Of a stretch of DNA of 64,000 bases, positions 47,233 to 59,242 are shown piece by piece. The stretch is from a virus (taxonomy: Duplodnaviria > Caudoviricetes). The stretch lies in the IMG/VR virus record IMGVR_UViG_3300035208_008180. One strand, 5' to 3'. The first letter of the stretch is position 1; each line of letters starts with the position of its first letter. Position numbers and translations under genes: made by a program. The notes beneath the pieces are model-generated. The model saw only the letters and a program-made list of their open reading frames with translations, searched no databases and was not told where the DNA came from.

Positions 47233-47841
47233 TTAAAATCCCCTTCCCAAGCTTTCCATGATTCTGGTAATTCTTGATGGTGGAATTTTTTTCATTAACC
47301 TAAATTCGCCAGCCCCTTGAATAAAATGATCCTTTTCCTCATCAGCAGTATAGTGCGTAAGTTCCGCCATCCGACGAGCACAACTGTGCATTCTCTGAAT
47401 AAATTCCCCATCATGTTTTTCTAACCAACTTACCGGCAAAACAACTTCTACAACTATTGGAAAACTATTGGGATGCAAATTGGGCAATTTTCTGCGTATC
47501 TTTTTTTCGAGTTTGTATTTTACCAAATCATTCAATTCTCCACCATTTTTATAATGTCGAGAATATCTAGCTGCACTGATCTGTGAAGGGTGAAGACAAA
47601 TTGCTCCTTCTTCGTTCCAAAACACAGTATCCACACAAGCTTTCAACAGCTTTTCATCTGCCTCAAAACCATACATGCGAATTGCGTCTGCCACTCGTTC
47701 TGACAAACTTTTCAATGGCGGCAACAAACCATATTTTGTAATTGATGGTATAAAAACACTGGATGTGCCGTGGTATAATCTCAAGTCATTGTCAAAATTA
47801 TACCACCGCTTCGTGCCCAGCATTCTCCAAGGTTTGTGCAT
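47233..47841 (-). CDS. putative ADP-ribosyltransferase-fold protein
   Basis: LYHGTS..SITKYGLLP, late E and IPP motif. Confidence 0.5.
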   Translation of the reverse strand: MHKPWRMLGTKRWYNFDNDLRLYHGTSSVFIPSITKYGLLPPLKSLSERVADAIRMYGFEADEKLLKACVDTVFWNEEGAICLHPSQISAARYSRHYKNGGELNDLVKYKLEKKIRRKLPNLHPNSFPIVVEVVLPVSWLEKHDGEFIQRMHSCARRMAELTHYTADEEKDHFIQGAGEFRLMKKIPPSRITRIMESLGRGF

Positions 47842-47844
47842 TTT

Positions 47845-49026
47845 TTATCGAATGGCCTCCATAATCATGCCAACCGTTGTCCAATCACAAAGATTGCTCT
47901 CCAGTATTTCGTGGACGGTTCTGACTTCCAAGTAGGTCTGCTCTGAATCCGTCACATTATTTCCGTGAACTTCTCCAAGCCCGGCATTCATCTTTGCTGC
48001 CGTGATTTCCATCTTTGTCAACTCAACAGTAAACAAAGTGGCTTTGTGGGTGCTAAAGGTTCCCGCCAATTGCCGACTTTTGGCTTCCACAAAGCGATTG
48101 GGACTAATGGAAATACCTGTTTCTTCTTCCAATTCCTGAGCAGCAACCTCTCGTGGATTATCATTACCAAATGATGAGCCACTCGGCAATTCGTGGACAA
48201 ATCCATCAATTGTGCGATTTGGCGAACGGAATTCACGCACCAAAAGAATTTCCGTATCCAGCCAATCCTCGGCTTCGCCAACTCGGCCTTCCCCCTTGTA
48301 ATAAGCACAAATGGAGGAAATATCAGTGCGAGAAACAATGATTTCGTTTTCTTTGTGCCGCTGTTCTGCCTCGACCCATACATTCACCCAAATTGAAAAA
48401 CAAAATGGAAAATTGTTTTTCAACAGAAAATTCCATAGCACCTTGGCATCATCCAAACGATTGCCAACTGCCTTCAGTTGCTTTAGCCAATCTTGAAAAT
48501 GTTTAGTGGTCCAAATATGTCGAGGGATACAACGTTCACCACCTGTGCGGGAAATACCCTCTTTCAGAATGTCAGAAACCTCTTGGGCCAACTCATCTAT
48601 GTTTTTGTGTGGATAGGAATGAGTAATTTTATGATACATGTAATCCAGATAAGCGGTATGTGGAGACCCATCAGGACGACCATAAAATAATTTGCCAGAA
48701 TTAACCAACATCCCAAATTCGATGTTGGTGGTGAGTGCTGGCATATTGTGCATTTCACGGGGCACCCACATCAAAACAATGTCCGACATATTCATGGACG
48801 ATTGTTCCCACTCAATCTGTCCCATGTAATCAGTTAGCCAAACTCCATCCCGTGATTCAGGGACAAATACTACGCCATCGTAGCCTGCCTTCTCCAGGGC
48901 TTCCAACATTTTCGGTCGCCACGATTCTATGGCTAACGCCGGGGATTGGCGTGGAGTGGGACCGGCAAGAAAAATCGACTTGCTGAAAGATTCGGGAGCA
49001 GCTTCGCCAGCATAAATTACTTGCAT
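47845..49026 (-). CDS. nucleoside 2-deoxyribosyltransferase-like + NUDIX fusion
   Basis: SIFLAGPTPR..SWR..QIEWE..TTNIEFG; ELPSGS..AAQELEEETG. Confidence 0.82.
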   Translation of the reverse strand: MQVIYAGEAAPESFSKSIFLAGPTPRQSPALAIESWRPKMLEALEKAGYDGVVFVPESRDGVWLTDYMGQIEWEQSSMNMSDIVLMWVPREMHNMPALTTNIEFGMLVNSGKLFYGRPDGSPHTAYLDYMYHKITHSYPHKNIDELAQEVSDILKEGISRTGGERCIPRHIWTTKHFQDWLKQLKAVGNRLDDAKVLWNFLLKNNFPFCFSIWVNVWVEAEQRHKENEIIVSRTDISSICAYYKGEGRVGEAEDWLDTEILLVREFRSPNRTIDGFVHELPSGSSFGNDNPREVAAQELEEETGISISPNRFVEAKSRQLAGTFSTHKATLFTVELTKMEITAAKMNAGLGEVHGNNVTDSEQTYLEVRTVHEILESNLCDWTTVGMIMEAIR

Positions 49027-49944
49027 GTTTGATACTTTCTTGTTAGTTCAACTATTTTTTCTGGACGCCGCTCTCCATTCAACTCTTCAAGCAAATCTTC
49101 TGGATATGCTTGATAAAAATTTCCCCAAGGACGTTTGGTTTTTCGATTCCAAATCTTCCAGCCCTTTCCAGCCTCGGCCCTAGCAACAAATCGGTTCATT
49201 GCACTGGTTCTTCTGGACGTTTCTTGGAAAACTCTTTTTCTCCCCACACCTCAATGTAATACTCTTGTCCACTTGGTGTAAAAACAATCAGGAATGGGTC
49301 TTGTATCTTCGGTCGCTTTTTTACATCAAATTCTTCAACAATAAAATTTGCTTCTGGGCATCGCTTCTTAATATCCACCGCTGTTTGCAAAGCAAACTCT
49401 GGCATATCATTTTTGTATTGGTCAAGCGAATAACGAACCCATTTTGCCACCAACTGTTCTGGGGCTATGAAATTATAGATAATCAAATAGGGCAACAACG
49501 CACAAAGGAATGAGCCACCCAGCACACAGCCCACAACAATGGCCCAAACTGGCAAAGAGACACCAAAACGATTGCAAATTGCTGCTGTAATGCCAGCCAC
49601 TATCCAATACGCAATCGTTGCAAGCAATGTAGAACCCATACAATTGTCCAAAAAATGCAACATTTTAAATGTTGTTTTGTACTCAGGTGGCCTTTCTACA
49701 TTGCTGATTCTTGCTTCTTTGTAGGCTTGCACCGACTCTTGTGTGAATGGTCTAACATCCAAGGCGTTCAGAGCCACAATAAGCCTCCGAGCGGGGCTAT
49801 CGGCAAGCTGTGCTTCTATCTTTTTCTTCATTCGGCCATAGCCCAACAATTCATCTGCCGCCTTAGCCAAATCCAAATCTGATTTTTCACACTCTTCCGG
49901 CAGCCGCACTTGTTCTTTTACTAACGTTTGCATAATTTTTCTCC

Positions 49945-50361
49945 CTATTGTACGTCGCAAGCAGGAACACCAAACTTATGAAAATAACGCAATGGACGCC
50001 ACAGGTGCCCATTGACCCAAAATCCCCATTTGCGATATGGTCTGCCGCAAAACAGGATTGTCCACGCCCCGCCCTTGGGAATATCCAAGTAATGTCGTTT
50101 GTCAGCCTTGGATACCCACCACGAACCAGCTTTGACTTCAAATCGCCCTTCGGGAGTCACATTCGTGTAATGACCCTTGAGGATGATCGACACAAAATCG
50201 CAAGCATGATCGTGAAAATATCGTTTATCGTCGCTTCTGATCCAGTGATGGATTCGGATGGAAAAATTAAAAAAAATGAATGTCCAACGATAAAGGTAAG
50301 GACACTCAGATAAACCAAGGGGCTCCCTCCATCGAATTTGGAAATAGCGAAATGGTTTCAT
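49945..50361 (-). CDS. cupin-like protein
   Basis: HDH..SIILKGHY..H..WGF. Confidence 0.6.
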   Translation of the reverse strand: MKPFRYFQIRWREPLGLSECPYLYRWTFIFFNFSIRIHHWIRSDDKRYFHDHACDFVSIILKGHYTNVTPEGRFEVKAGSWWVSKADKRHYLDIPKGGAWTILFCGRPYRKWGFWVNGHLWRPLRYFHKFGVPACDVQ

Positions 50362-50572
50362 TGTAAAAAAAGTCTATCTGCCCCTTGTTCTTGCAACCAT
50401 CGAGTCACCACCAAATGAAACACTCGGTGTATTTGCTCTGAAGTTAGTGGCTCCCCAGGTTTTTCATAATTAAAAAAACCTGCTTCCTTTAATTTGGCGA
50501 ACTCCAATTTTTCCAACAAAGATTTGGCGTCTTTGTCTTCAATGAGAATTACTTTCATCATTTCCTCCTAAG

Positions 50573-50649
50573 TCAGCGGGGCAGGATTCGAACACTGCGA
50601 CCTTCAGCTTGTTTATGGCTGATGCTCTGGCCAACTGAGCTACCCGCCG
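50573..50649 (-). tRNA. isolated atypical tRNA (9-nt anticodon loop, bulged T-stem)
   Basis: CGGCGGG/CCCGCTG-A; TCAGC-CATAAACAA-GCTGA. Confidence 0.65.
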
Positions 50650-51154
50650 CAATTTATTTGCCTTCTAACACTCTTGATGCCGCCTTTTTCAATTCCGAGG
50701 CAACCTGACTTTGAATGACGCCCGGAAGCTGTTTTTGCACCTCCTCTATAATCATAGGCCGAATGACAGGGGCCTCAATCCGCAAGTAATTACCCACTTC
50801 GTTTCTGATTTGGGCACGCACCAATTCATTCACGGTGACATTGCCAATGTGCATTCCCTGCAAATCAATGCCTTCGGTAATGCTTTTGGAAATCCTATCC
50901 TTCAAGCTATCTGCAAGATTGGTTAGAAGTTGTTCACCAACAATAGCCTCCAACTGGGCGTCATCTTGAAGCAACCGTTCCAAAACTGCTTGCGTCAATT
51001 TGAGTTGAATTTTAATCATGTTACCACCTTTCCAGCCATTCCAAAAACTTTTGGAATAACTTCATAGCAAGCATCATACCACAAATCGCCAACATTCCCA
51101 AGACGATTGGGCCAAATGGTTTGCTTGCCTCCCACAAATGTTGTATTGTGTCCA

Positions 51155-53149
51155 TTATCCTACTCCCCACAAAGCAAGGTCTGCTTCACTCGGCATACGC
51201 CAATCTCCCCGAGGGCTCAAGCTCACCGTTCCAACCTTGGGACCATCGGGTACACAATTTCGTTTGAATTGATTGTGGAAAAATCGCTTCAAAAATGTGC
51301 GAAGTGTGTTTTTGATAAACTCTGGCGAGTAATCCACATCAAACTTGCACTGATTTGCTAAATACAAAATCTTTTCTGGACTAAAGCCATTTCGCACAAA
51401 ATGATAGAGAAAGAAATCGTGCAATTCATATGGACCCAGGAAGTCCTCACTCGACTGTACCTCTCCGTTCGGTCCAACGGGAAGCAACTCAGGCGAAATA
51501 ACAGTGTTGACAATATCCATCAAAACTTCGGCTACGCTTCCGGGGATAGCAATATCACCTTTGGAATACCGATTCCTGGCAATCCATCCCACCAAAAATT
51601 TTACCAAAGTCTTTGGGACACCACAGTTTACATTATAGCTGGACATGTGATCGCCGTTATATGTGCTCCAGCCTAGAGCCATTTCGGACAAATCACCAGT
51701 GCCCAGAACAAATCCACGGGAGAACAATTCCAGTGTCCGCACTCGGGCTTGAATGTTTTCAAACTTCAAGTCTTTGCTGTTGGGTGGTATTTCTTGGAGT
51801 AATTCTTGAAATTCATCCACAGCTTCAGGGAAAAGCAACAAATGGTCAACATCAATGTCAAAGGGTTTGTAATTTTGGTCCTTGAAAATATTCAAGCAAG
51901 TTTTCCGAATGTCGATGGTTTCACAAGGCACATCTAGTAGTTTTGCCAATCGTTTTGCATTATTTAGCGTTTTGTCGGTAGTGCCAAAACCGGGCATAGT
52001 AATAGCTCGTACATCAACCCCAGCAGCCTTGGCAACCAGCAAAGCCAATGTGGAATCCAAACCACCGGACAGCCCAAGATACATCGGGTGTCCACACATC
52101 TGATCCCATCGTTTCTGCAAGCCCAGAACCTGAATCTTGAAAATTGTTTCACAACGATCATTCAATTGAGCATTGTCGGCGGGGACAAAGGGATGAGCAT
52201 CAACGTGCCGCTTCAATGGACGACTATCACTTGAGTCACGTAAATTAAAATCAATAAAGCGATAGGTCTGGTCGGGTTCCAAAGTGGCAAAACTGATGGT
52301 CTGTCGTCGCTCGTTCTGCAACTTCTCAACATCAACATCAGTAATGATAGAAGCGTGGGGCTCCAATCGCACCCGTTCCAAAATCGATCCATTTTCCGCA
52401 ATGATGCAGTCACCGGCCATCACAATATCACTGGTGGATTCTGTGGGACTGGCACAAGCGTAAATATAAGCGGCAATACAACGTCCCGACTGGGCTTGCA
52501 CAACCTGATGGGCTCGATAATCACCCTTGCCCACCACTTCATTGCTGGCAGACAGATTGAGCAGAATGTTCGCCCCAGCAATTGCTTGATGAGAAGATGG
52601 AGGAATAGGCATCCAACCATCTTCACATATCTCGACTCCTACAACCACTTCCCCAGCACGGAATAAAAGGTCGGTGCCAAATCGAGTATTTGGCATATAT
52701 TGTCGTCCCTCACAATACCTTGGGAAAGGAATGAGGGTTGAAATATTTTTTGCAGCTTTGAACCAACGGGATTCATAAAACTCTTTGTAATTGGGAATGT
52801 GCTGCTTGGGCACAATGCCCAAAATTTGTCCATTGGAAAGAACAGCCGCACAATTATAAAGAGCGTTGCCTACACGGAAAGGAAGACCAACCACAACCAA
52901 TTGGTTTTTTTCGACGCTGTTGGCTATTTCCCACAACCCAGCTTCGGCAGCATCCAGAAGTTTGGTTTGCCCAAACAGATCGCCGCAAGTGTATCCTGTA
53001 ATGGATAATTCGGGGAAAACAATGATTTCGGCAGGATCAGTTTTCGTAAAATAGAATATCGCCTGCTTGATTTCGGCAACATTGGCAGCAACATTGCCTA
53101 CTTTAACTTTAGGGGATACAGCGGCGACTCTGACAAGTCCAAAATTCAT
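51155..53149 (-). CDS. nadE: glutamine-dependent NAD+ synthetase
   Basis: FPELSITGY, EICED, LSGGLDST, ENIQAR, QFKR. Confidence 0.95.
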   Translation of the reverse strand: MNFGLVRVAAVSPKVKVGNVAANVAEIKQAIFYFTKTDPAEIIVFPELSITGYTCGDLFGQTKLLDAAEAGLWEIANSVEKNQLVVVGLPFRVGNALYNCAAVLSNGQILGIVPKQHIPNYKEFYESRWFKAAKNISTLIPFPRYCEGRQYMPNTRFGTDLLFRAGEVVVGVEICEDGWMPIPPSSHQAIAGANILLNLSASNEVVGKGDYRAHQVVQAQSGRCIAAYIYACASPTESTSDIVMAGDCIIAENGSILERVRLEPHASIITDVDVEKLQNERRQTISFATLEPDQTYRFIDFNLRDSSDSRPLKRHVDAHPFVPADNAQLNDRCETIFKIQVLGLQKRWDQMCGHPMYLGLSGGLDSTLALLVAKAAGVDVRAITMPGFGTTDKTLNNAKRLAKLLDVPCETIDIRKTCLNIFKDQNYKPFDIDVDHLLLFPEAVDEFQELLQEIPPNSKDLKFENIQARVRTLELFSRGFVLGTGDLSEMALGWSTYNGDHMSSYNVNCGVPKTLVKFLVGWIARNRYSKGDIAIPGSVAEVLMDIVNTVISPELLPVGPNGEVQSSEDFLGPYELHDFFLYHFVRNGFSPEKILYLANQCKFDVDYSPEFIKNTLRTFLKRFFHNQFKRNCVPDGPKVGTVSLSPRGDWRMPSEADLALWGVG

Positions 53150-54654
53150 GTTTTTGACCCTTTCAATCCCTCAATGTACAGGAAAACTATCACCAGGGCG
53201 TTTTCTTCAAAATCGTCACTTTGGGGTATCCATCAAAGCCTTTAATCTCCATCCCTTTAATGGCTTTTATCATATCCCAGTTATGGTTACACTCCGTTTG
53301 TACTTCCTGTTCGGCATTGTCCAGGTCTCGCACCGCCATCTTGCCGCTGCCTCCGACATTTGTTTTAAACTCAACTGTGCCCGGCTTTGCACCATATTGT
53401 TCGTGCCATTGAAGATGGGCACTTATGGCCACATAGGTTACAAGGGCAATCACAATAAGCAAAACCGCACTCACAGGAATAATCCATTCCTTGATGATGT
53501 TCAATGTGGTTCTCCTTCGGTTCTAGATATGGTTGGGTCTATTGGTCCTAAGCTGGGCCATTTTTCCCAGTGATGTGCCCTGCGTTCTTGTAACTGTTCT
53601 TGAATATTCAATCTCAGGTCATAACACTCATCAGCAGCATAAGCTGCCTCGGGTGGTTTCCGACCTTTGATATATTTTTCATGAAATACTTCCGTTGGGT
53701 CTTCCCCAGGCATAATGTAAAGCGGAAAATTATCACCATCAAAAGTATCGTGAACTACGACAACGTGGGATGCTCCCTTGTTTTGAGCAGTTTTAATCCA
53801 CCATTCAATATCTTGTCGAGTAGCGGTCATAATTATCCTACTGAAAACTTTTTGACAATATTGCCTTTTTTGTCCACAATATCGACCTGATCGGCACCTA
53901 TAGATCGAATGCGGTCTCCATAACGCTTCTGCACCTTATCCTCTGCTTCCTGCTGCGTGTTGGCCTCATCGATCAAAATAGTTTCATTATCAAAGGTGTC
54001 CCAATGATAAATGCCAAACTTTTTTTTGTGTTTAATCATGGCTCACCTCCTTTCCTTTATTACTTTAATGCCTAGAAATGGATGTTGGTTTTGTTCGCCC
54101 AAATATCTGTTCAAAGCATCTTCGTCGGAAAAATCCTTGTCAAAAGTGCTGTGAACAATCTCTTCGTTATAGGCTTCATAAACTTGGAGAGTGGCAGTTA
54201 TCATTTTACTTCAAACCAAATAGACAAAAGATAGGCACATCCGGCAATTTTCCATTCATGATCGGGATCAAAAGACATTAGGCAAGCCTTGATATGAGCA
54301 AGGGCACGACTTTGATTGATGCCTTCTTTCACTATAAATACAACATCCTCTGCCCCGGAGAAAAACCACTTGTGGACAATTTTTGTGTATTTGTTTTCTC
54401 CCCAAAACTCTTTGGGAATATCTTCTCTTTTGGGCAGCCATTCAGCAATATGTTCTGGGCCTGCCCAAATATCCATTTGTGTAATATGTTCTTTTGGAGT
54501 CATTTTGGCTTCGCCCGTTCCCACTCTAACAGAAGTGATTTCGCCTTGCTGATAGAGGATACAACCTCTGCATCTTCCTCAACTTCATAATATGCTTCCA
54601 CAGTCTCAATGAGATCATTTAAAGCATTTGCTAGTTTTTCTTCCATGTTGCACC

Positions 54655-55548
54655 CTACAAATTTTCGAGATCATAAATCCCGTATAATTCATGCTCTCTA
54701 ATGTATTCCAACACCTTTTCATCCAATAATTTTTGATTTAGGCTTATGCCATTTTTCAAACATTCCCGCACCATCGTGGAAGATACTTCACCAATCTTTC
54801 CATCCGTATGACCCAAAAAGATGTGCGGTGGCTTCAAATACCAACCCATATCGGGGTCTCGCTCCACACCATCCCTTGGCACCACTATGAAGCGAATCAT
54901 TTTCTCAAGGTGTTCGTAATTAACCCACCTATCGAATTCATTGGCATTATCCATGCCAATGATCCAAGAAAAATCATATTGGTTTTTGGCAAAATCTTCT
55001 TCCAACAATAACTTAACAGTTTGGTAAGTTTCGCCACTGAGTTTGTTTCTAATCTCATAATCAAATGGTTTGATACGACCATCTGCCTCGCAAGCAATTT
55101 CCACCATGTTTAGGCGATGCTCGGCAGAAGCCATTTCCTTGCCAAACATATGGTGTTCACCGCACGGCATCAACCACACTTCATCAAAAGTCCGACTGGT
55201 ATTCAAAACAAACTGGGCAATGCGAATGTGGGCTTTTGTAACTGGATTGAAAGCTCCACCAAGAATAGCAACCTTGATCTTTCTTCCCAGGGAACGATAT
55301 TGCAGTTTGCGATCTTCAATCTTTGCCAATGTAGCCTGAATTAAATGTCCCGCATCCCAGCCACATTCATTGCATAATTGAATCAGGCTACAAAGGGCAT
55401 CACCAGCTTCTTCCTTCAGATTGCGAAGATCGGTGAAACGAACCAACTCCCTGACTTCACCCTCTATATCATCCAATCGCTGACGCAATGGAGTGCGACC
55501 AAAAGCACTGTCAAATGCCTCTTCGATTTGTGACTGATATGGTTCCAT
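54655..55548 (-). CDS. nadD: MazG-like + nicotinate-nucleotide adenylyltransferase fusion
   Basis: EVREL..EEAGD..L..L N-terminal; GGAFNPVTKAH, IIGMD, VSSTMVR. Confidence 0.85.
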   Translation of the reverse strand: MEPYQSQIEEAFDSAFGRTPLRQRLDDIEGEVRELVRFTDLRNLKEEAGDALCSLIQLCNECGWDAGHLIQATLAKIEDRKLQYRSLGRKIKVAILGGAFNPVTKAHIRIAQFVLNTSRTFDEVWLMPCGEHHMFGKEMASAEHRLNMVEIACEADGRIKPFDYEIRNKLSGETYQTVKLLLEEDFAKNQYDFSWIIGMDNANEFDRWVNYEHLEKMIRFIVVPRDGVERDPDMGWYLKPPHIFLGHTDGKIGEVSSTMVRECLKNGISLNQKLLDEKVLEYIREHELYGIYDLENL

Positions 55549-55549
55549 T

Positions 55550-56044
55550 TTACGCAACCTCTTCTTCCTCAATTTCTTCGGCATAACAATCATCGAGAGT
55601 TTCTTCAAGAACCTCTTTAATTGCTTGTTTGCTTTCTTTTTCTTTGTCTTTTTCTTTCCTCGGCTTTGGCAAATGCCTGAGTCGTATTTTATCAACAATA
55701 AAATTATTGATAAGAATGGCAACCGTCCTGGCTTTTTCGCCAAATTCCACCTTCAAAGCCTCTGGAAATTCCTCCACAGTAAGTGCTGGATTTTCTAACA
55801 CATGATAAGCAAACAATTCAACTCGCAAACCTTTCGTGTTGTCGGGCATAACCAAATCAAGATTTATGCCCAACTCTCTCAATGCCTTACAATGAGTGGC
55901 ACGAAGGGATGCATTCTTGAGAATTGTTTTAGCCAAGGGAGAAAGCTTTTGCCGCTTTTTTGCAGGCGGCTTCAAAGTAGTTTCATCTAATGGGGACGAT
56001 TCTGATGTCATGATGTTTTCTCTAGGTATTCTATCTTCGTACAA
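55550..56044 (-). CDS. hypothetical protein
   Basis: ORF track. Confidence 0.65.
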   Translation of the reverse strand: MYEDRIPRENIMTSESSPLDETTLKPPAKKRQKLSPLAKTILKNASLRATHCKALRELGINLDLVMPDNTKGLRVELFAYHVLENPALTVEEFPEALKVEFGEKARTVAILINNFIVDKIRLRHLPKPRKEKDKEKESKQAIKEVLEETLDDCYAEEIEEEEVA

Positions 56045-57149
56045 TCTTCTCCCGCCATAGCACGCCGCTCTCGAAGATGATTTTCACACAAACAAGTAGT
56101 TTTGCCATAGGCTGTCAATTTAGCCACAGCCTCACTTTGGCAGTGGTGCTCCATAATCCAGGCTTTGTAAAAATACTGACACTTCATGGTTCCACCGTGA
56201 TAACTACTTCTTGGGCAACAAACCTGATTAAACGAATAGTTTTTTTATAAGCCTTGGATTGGGTTTGCATTTGATTTGCGATGAGCGGCTGAGCAATCTT
56301 ATTGACATCAACCGACACCAACGGAATCAAGCCACAAGGCGTAAATCCCTGTTTAATCCCAACATCACCACTGCCTAATTCGTCTTCACCCATCCAAGCA
56401 AACAAGTCTGGTATTTTGTCCATTATTCTTCTTTCTTCAAATCCCGCTTTGCGATAGCACGCTCTCTTTGATGTGTGACGACTTTGGTTTTCTTGCCGGG
56501 TTGGTCGCCTTGCCGTTTCAATCGGGATTTCCAGTGTTCGTATCCCGGTCCCTTGCTACCTTTTTTCGTTCGGCTCATATTCTCGCTCCAATTGTTTCAA
56601 CATATCCCCAAGCTGCCGACTTGCATTCAGGGCATCAATGGTCAAGCTAATTGGGCTACCCATCGGCAAACCAGGGAGCATAAAAGGATATTGATCTTGC
56701 CAATCATGCAACAAGCTAATTATTCTTCTGAGCTTGTTGAGGGAAGTCTTCGTGACCTTTGGAGTAACCCGGTATTCATTGCTCATCTAAAAACCTCCCA
56801 TTTTCATCCATTTTATTATCCCAAACAATAATAAATGGATCGCCGTTGGGTGTGTCGTTTTCCTTGTAAAGCACAATACAGTCTGATCGTCTTCGGCGGC
56901 GGGCTTCAAAATCATCTTTTGCCCTAAATTGACCAGAACCAGAATCGGCTTCCCAGTAATAAGTGGTCATACCGATTCGTCCTGCTCTTCCAACTTTCGC
57001 AACAACCGCATCAATTGGCTTTTGGCAGCACCAGCCAAGTCCCAATCGTCCATATCATAGGTGCCTTGCCAAACTTCCAAATCAGCAATGATCTTGCTCA
57101 GTTTACGCACGGCAACCTTGGGAACTTTGGGAGACTTCATGGCAACCTC

Positions 57150-57809
57150 CTATTTCACTGGCCCTTGGCCAGGAGCAAACATGCCATTTTTCTCGGCCTT
57201 CTTTTTGCCACCATCCAGGCCAAGATCGGTATCGTCTTCCTTGCCCGTCTCGGAAGTTCGCTGGGTGTCGGAAGATGTAATAAAGATGTATTGGTGGTCG
57301 GCAGGCGTCCCATCGGCTTCGGGATGTCCCTTTCGCTTCATAGGCATAGTATCACCGCCAAACATCTTCAACATCGGGCGAGACATAAACCCAGCAATAA
57401 GCGATTCCCGCTCAGCCACCATATCCTGAATGGATTTTTGGTCACGCAGAAAAGTCTTGCGTTCCGCTTCCACAGAATTCATCAAATCCTTCCAAAGAAA
57501 CATGGCTTTTTCAGGATCGGGATATTGCTCAGAAACGGTCTTGAAGAGTGCCCCACCCTTGCGACCCTCAATCAAATCGGCGTAAATCTCTTTCAACTGG
57601 GCTTGCCCAATATTGGCGATTTGCACCTTTTGGCTGAGAATCTTCTTCATCGTGTCAAACGATGCTTCATTGGAATTGGATTTTCCCTGAATTCCCTTAC
57701 GCAACCTCACCTCATTGTCGAAGTTCGACCAGCCAGAAATAAAGGTGCAGCCCCCCATCAGTAGCAGAAGACCACAAAACACCAGGAAAAAAGCCATCGG
57801 ACGGGACAT
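57150..57809 (-). CDS. membrane-anchored LemA-like protein
   Basis: N-terminal TM followed by helical domain; AGGAG SD. Confidence 0.55.
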   Translation of the reverse strand: MSRPMAFFLVFCGLLLLMGGCTFISGWSNFDNEVRLRKGIQGKSNSNEASFDTMKKILSQKVQIANIGQAQLKEIYADLIEGRKGGALFKTVSEQYPDPEKAMFLWKDLMNSVEAERKTFLRDQKSIQDMVAERESLIAGFMSRPMLKMFGGDTMPMKRKGHPEADGTPADHQYIFITSSDTQRTSETGKEDDTDLGLDGGKKKAEKNGMFAPGQGPVK

Positions 57810-57860
57810 GAAGTTCTCCTTTTCGAGTTAGAACGGCAAATTATCTGACCTAGTACCCTC

Positions 57861-57888
57861 ATTATACTTCAGAAGTGGCGGTTGTAAA
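57861..57888 (-). promoter_or_regulatory. phage promoter TTTACAA-N9-CTGAAGTATAAT
   Basis: Repeated motif. Confidence 0.75.
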
Positions 57889-58684
57889 TCTCTATTCTCA
57901 AATCTGCCGAAATGAAACTCCAAGGATACGTCGTCAAGCCCCCGAATGGAATCACACATCTCTATGTCATGTGGTTTAATATCGTGAAAAATCCACACTT
58001 TTTTGATGACGTTGTTTTCCCGCTTGCGAAAAACAAAGGTTACAGAACGGGTATATTTAATCCACTGATGCCATCGCAATAAGTTGGATTCCTCTTCATA
58101 CTCATAACCAATCACCAATGTGCCGTGCTTAGAATAGCACTCATCAAAAAGACCTTGCTGAATCTCTAGCTCGGGTATTGAAGCCAATTCGTCAAAACCA
58201 ATACAATCCCCATCATCATCGCCGTAGAAAGGAACACACAGATGTTCCTCTGCATAGCCAGGAATTTCTAATGACCAGCAATTTCTTTGATCTCTTAGCA
58301 GTTTTTTGATGGTCATTGATGCATAATATGCACCATCAGAAAACAGAGGGCCGCCTATTAATGTGTATTCCATGATACGTATTATATCACTATAATATAG
58401 AATATGCTACCGAATTACGTTCACAAAGAAGACTTGATTGACCGCATCGCCAAAGAGTATTTTGGAGATGGCAGTATCCCCATTGCCATCAAACGAATCA
58501 ATGATCGTTGGTGCGAATTTGTTCAAGTTTTTCGTAACAGCAACTCGGCACATGCTGCCTTTGCTGGCGATTATGAAGGCCAACTCTACAAAATCTATTT
58601 ACCCCAGGAAAATCAGCTAAAATCCGTCAATGAGTTATTGGAAGAATATTGTGCGGAAAATAATATTCCGTTCGTAAATATGGT

Positions 58685-59242
58685 ATGCTAACCTTTCAAG
58701 AATATGTGCTCCAAGAAGGTGCCTACAACAACAAGCGTGGTTGCCGTTACTGGGGAGATGCTGGATCGGGTGTTTTACCCTTCTGTCAAAGCACCCGTCG
58801 ATTTGGTGCCAACCATCGGGGAGCATTTGTCAATGAAGGAGGCACATTTGGAATCTTTGGTGGCGGTATTTTCCTTGATGAATATGGCTTAAACGATGTG
58901 GAGGAATTAATAAATAGCACAATTCCCCAAGATCACGCCAAACAAGAGTTGCGTGAAGAAACAGGCTATAACGGACCCATTCGGCTTCAAGAAATCTATG
59001 TTTACAAAGACAGTAAAATAGGACCACAGGGACAACCTTGCAATTTCTTTTATTGGAATTATATTGGTATTGTTCCTCACGAATTCCCTATAAGCCCAGA
59101 AGCAAACAGTCAGTGGGAAGAAGGCGGGCAATCGGGTTGGCTAACTTTTGAAGAACTCATGCGAGTAACGCCCAAACACTTTGGCCTCAAAGCACTTCTG
59201 GATAATGCGGCGGCAAAACTCCAACAACTATCGAGGAAATAA
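58685..59242 (+). CDS. NUDIX hydrolase
   Basis: FGGG..AKQELREETG. Confidence 0.8.
   Translation: MLTFQEYVLQEGAYNNKRGCRYWGDAGSGVLPFCQSTRRFGANHRGAFVNEGGTFGIFGGGIFLDEYGLNDVEELINSTIPQDHAKQELREETGYNGPIRLQEIYVYKDSKIGPQGQPCNFFYWNYIGIVPHEFPISPEANSQWEEGGQSGWLTFEELMRVTPKHFGLKALLDNAAAKLQQLSRK

Noticed and set aside
54655-55743. 362-aa version of NadD with basic N-terminus
   Set aside because: Extension overlaps the upstream gene; ATG at 55548 follows a GGAGG-like SD
57828-58373. T4 gp19 tail-tube-like protein
   Set aside because: Only vague resemblance in the C-terminal half; cannot support without a profile search
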